Part shown: piece by piece, positions 38,110 through 46,368 of the stretch
How positions within the stretch are numbered: the stretch's first letter is position 1
How the letters are laid out: the number at the start of each line of letters is the position of its first letter
Source of the DNA: an uncultured Verrucomicrobiales bacterium
Lineage (GTDB): Bacteria > Verrucomicrobiota > Verrucomicrobiia > Verrucomicrobiales > Akkermansiaceae
Reading direction: 5' to 3'
DNA length: 50,265 bases
Assembly (NCBI GenBank): GCA_964576595.1
Contig: CAZNVW010000001.1
Coordinates: 1-50,265, forward strand
Notes under the pieces: model-generated
What the model was told of the DNA's origin: nothing
The model's database searches: none
What the model saw: only the letters and a program-made list of their open reading frames with translations
Translations under genes and position numbers: made by a program

Positions 38110-39906
38110 ATGATAAAAATCTTCAGAAAAAATAGAATAAAATTCATATTTTTTTCTTTATTAATTTCTCTACTCACATTCACAGAAACTGCCAAAGCAG
38201 GCTTTGAATCAAATTTAACTTCTGTTTGTTCTACAGGAAATCCAAAAAAGATATCAGATTTCTGCTTTAAATATGTTTATCGTGATGTTCAGAAAAAAAG
38301 GCCAGACAAAAATAGTATTGAGAAATTTACCGCAGATAAAAATTTGCAGCTGGCTTGCTGGATGGGTCTTTATTTTAACTCCATCAAATGGAAGGGAATA
38401 TTTGCCGGAAGTGGATTAAAAGACAGAGAATTCATGCAATGGGTCATTGCGCACCCTGATATTTTTGAAAAGTTCTTATTCGCCAATCAACCAAATTCTA
38501 ATTCGTTTGATTTTCTCTATTTCCTCTGGTCAAAAGAAGGAAAAGAATTTCATCCTCCTTTATTGAATCTGGCTTTAGGGGCCGCACTGTGTTTAAATAT
38601 TTTATCTCAAGAAGAATGCGTAGCTCGATATAATTTTTACAAAAATTCATTCCTAGCACAAAAATTGTTTCTCCAATTCTCTACTTTAGAACCATGGGAG
38701 TATATATTGCTTCTAAAAGATACTGAATCAGTTGCAGGAGGGATCGAAACATTAGCATGGGGGCAAGCATATCTACTAGAAAAAAAGCAACATATTAATG
38801 AAATAAATGCAGCAAGCAAAGTGTGTGGGTTAATTCCCTACAGGAATATAAACGAAAGAGGCATTAGCATACATTCTGGCCTTGCTTTCTATGACAACAA
38901 ACAAACAACCCTTCAAATTTACACAACATACGGAGGTGTGTGCGGAGCTGTGTCCAAAGCTGCCTGTGGATTTTTAAAGTCCAGAGGAATTCCTTGTTAT
39001 ACTATAGGTCAGCCGGGACATTGTGCATTTATATGGAAACGAGCTGACGGAAGTTGGACTATTGGCAATAATATCTACGGATGGGCTTGGTCTAATGGTA
39101 ATCCACAGCTTCCTTGGAAAGGATCAACTTCTATTATAAAATCTATTTCGCAATTCAACGGATTGGAAGCCAAACGTTCCAACCTGTGTATGTATTTGTC
39201 AGAATTCTTACCTAATACCAACGAATCTATATTTTTTTTGGAACAGGCAATTGAATTTTACCCCAGTAACTACCGTGCTTGGAAATTATGGTTATCCACG
39301 CAAGTTAAACAAGCTAGTGAAATAAAGAAAAAAGATCTTGCCATTAAAATAAGGGGAAATTTCAAAAATGATCCCTTCATTGTTTCTGATCTTATTGATA
39401 GCCTTGTTCCTTTTAATTGGAAAAATACCAGTCCTTATGAAATTTATGCCCTTTTGTTGGATGAAAATGAATCTCCTGATTCAAACTCTCTCTACATGAA
39501 AAAAATATGGGATTTTGTTCGTGTTGATATCCCTGAACTTAAACTTTCTTATAACGAAAAAAATAAAAATATTTTTTTCAAATCCTGGAAGACTTATTAT
39601 AAAGACAATAATGTATCATTGAAAACAAAACGGCAAACTTGTTATGTTTTTCAAAAAATATTAATAGGACTTACGCAAAACGAAAAAACATATTCAAATT
39701 TTATAGAAACATATGAAGAAATTCTTAATATTTGGAATAATAAAGAACTAATGAGAGATGCCGATAAATTCATTCGATCACAATTAAACAATAACCAGCC
39801 TCTCTCTATTAGAAAAAAACTAATAAAATTCGGCATGCTCCTCACAGAAACACTCGAAGACATGAGAGGGAAAAAATTTTATATCGAAAAAAATCAGAAA
39901 ATTTAA
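38110..39906 (+). CDS. Secreted transglutaminase/PNGase-like cysteine-protease-fold protein with C-terminal helical (TPR-like) repeats
   Basis: Signal peptide MIKIFRKNRIKFIFFSLLISLLTFTETAKA. The core YGGVCGAVSKAACGFLKSRGIPCYTIGQPGHCAFIWKRADGSWTIGNN fits the G-x-C...GIP...H-x-x-x-W...W-x-x-G-D/N pattern of the transglutaminase-like core. The C-terminus includes FFLEQAIEFYPSNYRAWKLW. Confidence 0.6.
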   Translation: MIKIFRKNRIKFIFFSLLISLLTFTETAKAGFESNLTSVCSTGNPKKISDFCFKYVYRDVQKKRPDKNSIEKFTADKNLQLACWMGLYFNSIKWKGIFAGSGLKDREFMQWVIAHPDIFEKFLFANQPNSNSFDFLYFLWSKEGKEFHPPLLNLALGAALCLNILSQEECVARYNFYKNSFLAQKLFLQFSTLEPWEYILLLKDTESVAGGIETLAWGQAYLLEKKQHINEINAASKVCGLIPYRNINERGISIHSGLAFYDNKQTTLQIYTTYGGVCGAVSKAACGFLKSRGIPCYTIGQPGHCAFIWKRADGSWTIGNNIYGWAWSNGNPQLPWKGSTSIIKSISQFNGLEAKRSNLCMYLSEFLPNTNESIFFLEQAIEFYPSNYRAWKLWLSTQVKQASEIKKKDLAIKIRGNFKNDPFIVSDLIDSLVPFNWKNTSPYEIYALLLDENESPDSNSLYMKKIWDFVRVDIPELKLSYNEKNKNIFFKSWKTYYKDNNVSLKTKRQTCYVFQKILIGLTQNEKTYSNFIETYEEILNIWNNKELMRDADKFIRSQLNNNQPLSIRKKLIKFGMLLTETLEDMRGKKFYIEKNQKI

Positions 39907-40099
39907 TCTAAGAACATCTCAAACATTGAATCAAAAAATGCCTCACTGTTCCCGGTATCCTCAATAAGCCCCAATAGGCGGCATTCCGGTCAGGTTCGCC
40001 CTGTTTCCAGTCTTCCGGCTGTTTTTCCCTCCCGGAAATTATTTTTTGCAAGATTACTCCGGAAAGAGGCGTATGTTATATGTTAATTCATTTGAATCC

Positions 40100-42253
40100 A
40101 TGTCCTTTTTCTACTCCTTTCGTCCTTCAAGACATTCCACCGTTTTTTCTTCTCTGCTTTGCGGTATTGCGGGCGTTGCCCTGTCCCTTGCCCCGTCCCG
40201 GGCTGCCGCTGATGCAGTCTATCCTCCCGTTCCCAACAAGGCCCAGCTGAACTGGCAGGACATGGAGATGTATTCTTTTGTCCACTTCACGACCAATACT
40301 TTTACAGACAAGGAGTGGGGGTTTGGAGACGAGTCTCCCGACATGTTCAATCCGACGGATTACAATCCCGATCAAATTGTCAAAACGCTTGCGGACGCAG
40401 GTTTCAAGGGAGTCGTGCTGACCTGCAAACACCACGACGGCTTCTGTCTCTGGCCTACCAAAACCACCAAACACAGCGTCGCCTCGTCCTCCTGGAAAAA
40501 CGGCAAGGGCGATGTCGTCCGGGACTTCGCCAACGCCTGTAAAAAATACAATGTCAAATTCGGCGTCTACGTCTCCCCCTGGGACCGCAACCACCCCGAT
40601 TACGGTACACCGAAATATCTGGAGGTTTACAGACAGCAGCTCAAGGAGCTGCTGACCAACTACGGCCCCATATTCATGACCTGGCACGACGGAGCCAACG
40701 GCGGAGACGGCTACTATGGCGGCAAGAACGAAAAACGATCCATTGACCGGAGTACCTACTACGACTGGGCAAACACCTGGAAGGGCGTCAAGAAATACCA
40801 GCCGGGAGCCGTTATTTTTTCCGATGTCGGCCCGGATGTCCGCTGGGTAGGCAATGAGCACGGGGAGGCAGGCTACCCCTGCTGGGCCACTTACACCCCC
40901 CGCAGCAACAATCCCGCCTCTCCCACTCCCGCACCGGGGGTCGTGCATTATCAGGAGGGGCAAAACGGCACGGTTGACGGAAAATTCTGGATTCCGGCGG
41001 AGGTGGACGTCTCCATCAGACCGGGCTGGTTCTGGCACGCCTCGGAAAATGCAAAGGTCCGCACGCCGGAAAATCTTCTCAAACTCTACTTTGACAGTGT
41101 CGGCCGGGGAGCCGGACTCAATCTCAATGTGCCGCCCGACAGAAGGGGCCGAATTCATGAAGCCGACCAGGCGTCGCTAAAGGAGTTTGCCCGCCTCATC
41201 CGCGAGCTGTATTCCCGAAACTACGCGGAGGGAGCCTCCGTCACCAGCAGCGACGGGAAACAGGGGAGCAAGCCCGCCCGCATTCTCGACCGCAAACGCA
41301 CCTCCTACTGGATCGCAAAAGACGGCATGAAAAAAGCCGAGCTCCTGATTACCCTGCCGGAGAAAAGGAGTTTCGACGTGCTGCGTCTGGCGGAGCCCAC
41401 CCAGCTGGGGCAGAGAGTCCGCAAATTCTCCGTTCAATACAAGACGGACGCCGGGTGGCAGCCCTGGATCTCGGGCAGCAGCGTAGGCGCGCGCGTCATT
41501 CTGCAAGGGCCGATGATCACGACAGACCAGCTCCGCCTCTCCATTGACGAGGCCGCCGCCCCGCCCGCCCTCAGTGAGTTCTCCCTGTGGAAAAAACCGG
41601 TAATTCTTGCCGCGCCTGCCATCAGGGCCTCCCGTGAAGGCATGGTGACCCTTTCCGGCAGAGACGGGTTAAATGTCTTCTATACGCTGGACGGCTCGGA
41701 GCCGACGCAAAGCTCCACCGCCTATGCCGGAGCCTTCTCCCTGCCCCACGGAGGCACCGTCAAGGCCGTCGCCTACAGGGAAAGCTCGCCCTCGGCGGTG
41801 ACGACGGCCCAGATTCCCGTCCCGACCATCTCGTGGAAAGTCACCCGGGCGGAAGGCTCCGCCTCCGACCCCATGCGAATGATCGACGGCGATCCCTCTA
41901 CGCTCTGGCATACGCATGGGGAGCAGGAAATCGCCCCGCCCCAGACCGTTGATCTGGATATGGGCAGGGATACGCTGGTCTCCAAAGTCCTCTACACCCC
42001 CCGCAAGGACGGCAATACCAAGGGGATCGTCTCCCGGTACGAAGTTTATCTGAGCCGGAACGGGCAGGACTGGAACAAGGCCGCAGAAGGAGAATTCTCC
42101 AACATCAAGGCCAACCCGATCACGCAGGAGATCCTCCTGCCTGCGCCGCAATCCGCCCGCTATCTAAGATTTGTCGCCAAAGACGTCGTAGATGGACATC
42201 ATGTGAGTATCGCGGAGCTGGGGGTCGTCGAACCCCTGCCGGAAAAGAAATAA
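40100..42253 (+). CDS. Alpha-L-fucosidase (GH29) with C-terminal F5/8 type C (discoidin/CBM32-like) domains
   Basis: Signal peptide MSFFYSF...LAPSRAAADA. GH29 core segments are QLNWQDMEMYSFVHFTTNTF, GFKGVVLTCKHHDGFCLWPT and MTWHDGANGG. Discoidin-like segments include MRMIDGDPSTLWHT. Confidence 0.88.
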   Translation: MSFFYSFRPSRHSTVFSSLLCGIAGVALSLAPSRAAADAVYPPVPNKAQLNWQDMEMYSFVHFTTNTFTDKEWGFGDESPDMFNPTDYNPDQIVKTLADAGFKGVVLTCKHHDGFCLWPTKTTKHSVASSSWKNGKGDVVRDFANACKKYNVKFGVYVSPWDRNHPDYGTPKYLEVYRQQLKELLTNYGPIFMTWHDGANGGDGYYGGKNEKRSIDRSTYYDWANTWKGVKKYQPGAVIFSDVGPDVRWVGNEHGEAGYPCWATYTPRSNNPASPTPAPGVVHYQEGQNGTVDGKFWIPAEVDVSIRPGWFWHASENAKVRTPENLLKLYFDSVGRGAGLNLNVPPDRRGRIHEADQASLKEFARLIRELYSRNYAEGASVTSSDGKQGSKPARILDRKRTSYWIAKDGMKKAELLITLPEKRSFDVLRLAEPTQLGQRVRKFSVQYKTDAGWQPWISGSSVGARVILQGPMITTDQLRLSIDEAAAPPALSEFSLWKKPVILAAPAIRASREGMVTLSGRDGLNVFYTLDGSEPTQSSTAYAGAFSLPHGGTVKAVAYRESSPSAVTTAQIPVPTISWKVTRAEGSASDPMRMIDGDPSTLWHTHGEQEIAPPQTVDLDMGRDTLVSKVLYTPRKDGNTKGIVSRYEVYLSRNGQDWNKAAEGEFSNIKANPITQEILLPAPQSARYLRFVAKDVVDGHHVSIAELGVVEPLPEKK

Positions 42254-42275
42254 CCGCCATTCAAAGCTCCATGCG

Positions 42276-42313
42276 AACAGCCGTTTTCCCGCCGGGGAAG
42301 CGGCTGTTTTTTT
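42276..42313 (+). terminator. Rho-independent terminator after the fucosidase gene
   Basis: aacagccg...cggctgtt outer stem with partial inner pairing, followed by a run of T's. Confidence 0.65.
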
Positions 42314-42367
42314 CATCGCCCCGCCAAAAGGACTTTTTCAAAAGCGTCTCTGGGGGCGTTGCCGTCT

Positions 42368-43216
42368 CTACAAGGCGTTGCGGAATAGCTGCACCACCCC
42401 CGGCACAATCAGACAGACAAACAAAAGAAGTCTCAGCTGACTCATGGTCAATCTGAAGCGAGACCTGTTCAACACATGCATGAGTCCGGAGGAGATCGCC
42501 AGGGAATAGAAGTACCATGCCCCGGAATTTCCCCATACATACGCGAGGTACAGGCAAAAGCCGGCGAGTATCAACAGAGGCAGGGACACCCATACCATGA
42601 GGCGGGCTTCCTCCTCCTCCCAGTCCATCTCAGAGCCCAGCTCGTACTCGGCACGCTCTCTTTTCCATAATTCATTGGCCATCAGGAAGAGAAACATCAT
42701 CAACCCCAAATAGAGCGTTCTCTGGTCAACGATAAAGCCGGGAACGGAGTAAATGGCCGCACTGTACCAGACCGGAACGGCACAGCCATAGGCAAAGGCC
42801 ATCCCGCCCAGGAAGAAGGTGAAGATGGGGAGCTTGCGGGAGAAGCGGGACAAGATCTGGTTAAAGGTATAGATCACCAGCAAGACCGCCGGAAACAGGG
42901 AGAACTCGGAGATGCCAAACCCGACCACAAAAAGGGCCATCCACAAAATCGCCCCCAGAGAGGCCAGAATCACCAGGCCGGCCACCCACCAGCCGCCGGG
43001 GAAGACACGAGTCGTCTGGCCCCGGGAGCACATTCTCGTCAAAAGCACCATGATCCAGACCGTCAGGGCAAGCATGGCGTAGGGCGCCCAGGGCAGATAC
43101 ACCAGATGCATGGAATTTCCCAGTATCCAGGACCAGATCAGAGCCACGAGAGGAAACCCTGCGCCCAGCCTGTCCAGCCAATCGTACACGGCCATTGTTC
43201 TGGATTGCGCGGGCAT
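42368..43216 (-). CDS. Polytopic integral membrane protein, hypothetical
   Basis: About 8 hydrophobic segments and an acidic loop (EMDWEEEEAR). No recognisable motif. An alternative ATG is at 43195. Confidence 0.5.
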   Translation of the reverse strand: MPAQSRTMAVYDWLDRLGAGFPLVALIWSWILGNSMHLVYLPWAPYAMLALTVWIMVLLTRMCSRGQTTRVFPGGWWVAGLVILASLGAILWMALFVVGFGISEFSLFPAVLLVIYTFNQILSRFSRKLPIFTFFLGGMAFAYGCAVPVWYSAAIYSVPGFIVDQRTLYLGLMMFLFLMANELWKRERAEYELGSEMDWEEEEARLMVWVSLPLLILAGFCLYLAYVWGNSGAWYFYSLAISSGLMHVLNRSRFRLTMSQLRLLLFVCLIVPGVVQLFRNAL

Positions 43217-43354
43217 TGGACGTTATGATGACAGATTCCCGTTCAACCGCAAGCCGGAGCAACGGCATTTTTATCATTTTGCTTTATTTCCCCCTTTGAC
43301 GGACTTCGTCTTTGACTTAACCGAAAGGGGGGCTAGAATCAGCACGGACTTATC

Positions 43355-44461
43355 ATGCGCATTCTGGACAAGTACATAGGACGCCAGATTTTGACGACGA
43401 CCCTCTTTGGCGTTATCGTTCTGAGTTTCGTTCTGGTACTGGGCCAACTGTTCAGAGAAATACGCCCCCTGCTGGTGGAGAGCAACGCGCCCCTGTCCAT
43501 CTTCATTGAATTTGTCCTCCAGGTACTGCCCTTTTCCTTGATGTTCACCGTGCCGTGGGGCTTCCTGACGGCCGTTCTCCTCGTCTTCGGCCGATTGTCC
43601 GCCGACAACGAGTTCACCTCCATGCGGATGGCCGGGCTGAGTCTGTGGCGCATCAGCGCGCCCGTGTTTGTGCTCGCCGCCCTCTTTTCGGGAGTCTGCT
43701 ACTGGGTCAATATCGAAGTAGCCCCCCACGCCAAGGGCGCGATGAGCGAGCTGATTCTCAAAGCCGCGTCGCAGGACCCCAAAAAGCTGCTGCAGGAGGG
43801 GCGGCCCATCTCCAAGTTCTCCGGCATGCAGCTCCTGATAGACAAGCGGAGCCCGGAGGGCGACGTCATCCACGGGCTGCACGCCTACATAGAACCGGAT
43901 GAAGGCAAGGGGCCGCGTACTCTCCATGCCGAGCGGGCCGATGTCACCTTCAACGAGCAGACCCGCACTCTCACCCTGCTGATGCATGACGTCTTCGCCG
44001 AGGAAGAGGGGCGAGGAGACAAAACCGCAGAAGAACGACAGGCGGCGCTCGCCAAGAAAATGCCTCTCGACATCGATGTGGGCGGGATGAACAAGCCCAA
44101 GCGAAAGGCCAACCGTTTTACCAACGACGAGCTGAATGCGGAGTTGAGCCGCCCCGATCTCCCCATAGAGGAACGGGCGCAATTCTCCACCGAGCTGACC
44201 CGGCGCATTACCTTCGCCATGGCCTGTCTTGTCTTCGCCTTTATCGGCGTCCCCCTGGCCATACAGACCCGGCGCAAGGACACCTCCAGCGGGTTCGCCT
44301 ACGGCATTGCCATTGCCGCCCTTTACTTCGTCGCCCTCATTTTTGCCGACCTGTCGCGCAAAAATATCAGCATGCTGCCTCATATCCTGCTCTGGATGCC
44401 CAATGTCCTCGGGATCATCGTCGGCCTCTACTTCTTCCGCAAAGCAAGACTACAATCCTGA
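43355..44461 (+). CDS. LPS export ABC transporter permease, LptF/LptG (YjgP/YjgQ) family
   Basis: MRILDKYIGRQILTTTLFGVIVLSFVLVLG is the typical family N-terminus. Architecture is 3+3 TM with a large periplasmic loop. Confidence 0.85.
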   Translation: MRILDKYIGRQILTTTLFGVIVLSFVLVLGQLFREIRPLLVESNAPLSIFIEFVLQVLPFSLMFTVPWGFLTAVLLVFGRLSADNEFTSMRMAGLSLWRISAPVFVLAALFSGVCYWVNIEVAPHAKGAMSELILKAASQDPKKLLQEGRPISKFSGMQLLIDKRSPEGDVIHGLHAYIEPDEGKGPRTLHAERADVTFNEQTRTLTLLMHDVFAEEEGRGDKTAEERQAALAKKMPLDIDVGGMNKPKRKANRFTNDELNAELSRPDLPIEERAQFSTELTRRITFAMACLVFAFIGVPLAIQTRRKDTSSGFAYGIAIAALYFVALIFADLSRKNISMLPHILLWMPNVLGIIVGLYFFRKARLQS

Positions 44462-44470
44462 TCCCCTCCC

Positions 44471-46354
44471 ATGAGACACCGGCGCAGAGTCTTACAGTCA
44501 TGGCTTGGAAACATCAGGAGCTTTTTCTCTGACGGCAAAATAGATCCCCTGCCCGTCCGCCGCTCCTTCCGCGGCTACCGCGCCCCGCTCGCGCGGCGTG
44601 ATCTGAAAGCCGCCGCAGACGTCGCCCTCGTCGGTCTGCCGCAGGGTATGGCCTTTGCCGCGCTCGCCGGGCTGCCCATCATCTACGGCATCATGTGCGC
44701 GACCATAGGCACGATCGTCGCCCCGCTGTTCAGCAAATCGCGGTTGACCGTCGCCGGGCCGTCGAATGCGACCTCCTTCATGCTGGCGGGCTTCTTCCTC
44801 GCGCATCCGGCCCTGACCGCCGTCGAGCGTACGCAGATTGTCCCGGTCATTGTCTTCCTGGTCGGCCTCGTGTGTCTGATCGCCGCCTTTATCAAAGTGA
44901 CCGAGCTCATGCAGTTCGTCAGCAAAAGCGTTCTGGTAGGGTACATCTCGGGAGCCGCCATGCTGATCATCGTCAGCCAGATCAGATATATTCTGGGGCT
45001 GGAGATGCCCATGCGCGAGTTCTTCCTGGAGCAGGGCGGGGGGCGCACCCTGTTCTCCATGCTCGAGGGGCTCCTCTCCACCATCCGGCAGACAGATCCC
45101 AGGCCCCTGCTCCTGGGGGGCAGTACGCTCGCTCTCTTCTACCTGCTCAAACGCCGTTTCAAGGCCCTGCCCAACTTCGCCATCACGCTGACGGCGATGT
45201 CTCTTGTCTGCCTCCTGCTGTCGCAGCCCTGGACGGGAGGCTTTTTCCGGGGCACGGCGATGCTCGAGGGCTTCTCTCCCGAGAATCTGGGGCTCAGGCT
45301 CCCCCATCTCTTCTCCCCCAATATCTTCAACCAGCTGTACGACATCATCTCCGTCGTCTTCGGTATTTCCTTCCTGTGCATTCTGGAGCAAACCCTGATG
45401 ACCAAGACCCTCTCGGCCCGCACCGGGGAAAAGGTCAATCTGAATCAGGACACCTTCTCCGTCGGCATGACCAATCTGGCCCTGTCCTTTTGTCACAGTC
45501 TCCCCTCCTCCGCCTCCCTGACCCGCTCGATGCTCAACTACGCGAGCGGAGCCGCGACCCGGTTCGCCAGTATCTACTGCGGCGCGATCTGTCTCGGCGT
45601 TACCCTGCTGCTGGCCTATTATCCGGTTACGTCCTACATCCCCGCCAGCGTCCTGGCGGCGCTGGTCGTCGGCAATGCCCTCAGTCTCTTTGACCGGAAA
45701 GCCATGAGAATCTGCATGCGCTCGACCCGGGGAGACGCCGCCGTCCTGTGGATCACGTTTTTCGCCGCCCTGCTGGCCCCCCTGCACACCGCCATCTTCC
45801 TCGGAGTCGGGTTGTCGATCACTCTTTTCCTCAGGCAGGCGGCCCGCCCCGACCTGGTGGAATACACCATGAGCGAGGAAGGCCAGCTCAAGGAGCTGAG
45901 GGATGTCAGCGAACGGGCCATCCCGTCCATCTCCATCGTCCATGTCGAGGGGAGCCTGTTTTTCGGCGCCGCGGAGCTTTTCCGGGCGCAGGTACAGCGC
46001 ATGACCGAGGACGAGCGGCTCAAGGTCATCATTCTGCGCCTGAAAAATGCGCATAATCTGGACGCCACCTCCGTTTTCGCACTGGATGAGCTCATTCGCT
46101 TCACACGCGAAAAAAATCGCCATCTGCTCATCTCCGGAGCCAGCAAAAGCGTTTACCGCATTTTGAAAAACTCCGGCGTGCTGAAAAATCTCCAGCAGGA
46201 CTGCAAACCGGGAGAAAAAAACATTTTCCTCTACTCTCCCCGCAATCCCAATTATTCTACAAGGCTCGCCCTGATTCGGGCGCAACAGCTTCTCGGCACA
46301 AAAAACGCCGACATCCGCATCTTTTTCAACCCAGCCGCCGACAAAAAATCATAA
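44471..46354 (+). CDS. SulP family inorganic anion transporter with C-terminal STAS domain
   Basis: LVGLPQGMAFAALAGLP, the polytopic core, and a STAS-like tail (ISIVHVEGSLFFGAAELF...ILRLKNAHNLDATSVFALDEL). Confidence 0.9.
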   Translation: MRHRRRVLQSWLGNIRSFFSDGKIDPLPVRRSFRGYRAPLARRDLKAAADVALVGLPQGMAFAALAGLPIIYGIMCATIGTIVAPLFSKSRLTVAGPSNATSFMLAGFFLAHPALTAVERTQIVPVIVFLVGLVCLIAAFIKVTELMQFVSKSVLVGYISGAAMLIIVSQIRYILGLEMPMREFFLEQGGGRTLFSMLEGLLSTIRQTDPRPLLLGGSTLALFYLLKRRFKALPNFAITLTAMSLVCLLLSQPWTGGFFRGTAMLEGFSPENLGLRLPHLFSPNIFNQLYDIISVVFGISFLCILEQTLMTKTLSARTGEKVNLNQDTFSVGMTNLALSFCHSLPSSASLTRSMLNYASGAATRFASIYCGAICLGVTLLLAYYPVTSYIPASVLAALVVGNALSLFDRKAMRICMRSTRGDAAVLWITFFAALLAPLHTAIFLGVGLSITLFLRQAARPDLVEYTMSEEGQLKELRDVSERAIPSISIVHVEGSLFFGAAELFRAQVQRMTEDERLKVIILRLKNAHNLDATSVFALDELIRFTREKNRHLLISGASKSVYRILKNSGVLKNLQQDCKPGEKNIFLYSPRNPNYSTRLALIRAQQLLGTKNADIRIFFNPAADKKS

Positions 46355-46368
46355 CTTCCAGACATTCC

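Larger units (their letters stand above)
37067..39940 (+). other. Low-GC three-gene cassette (putative horizontally acquired islet)
   Basis: Hand counts on sampled 60-nt lines give about 18-42% GC inside the cassette and about 60-70% in the flanking rlmN and fucosidase genes. The transition is abrupt at both ends. Confidence 0.7.
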
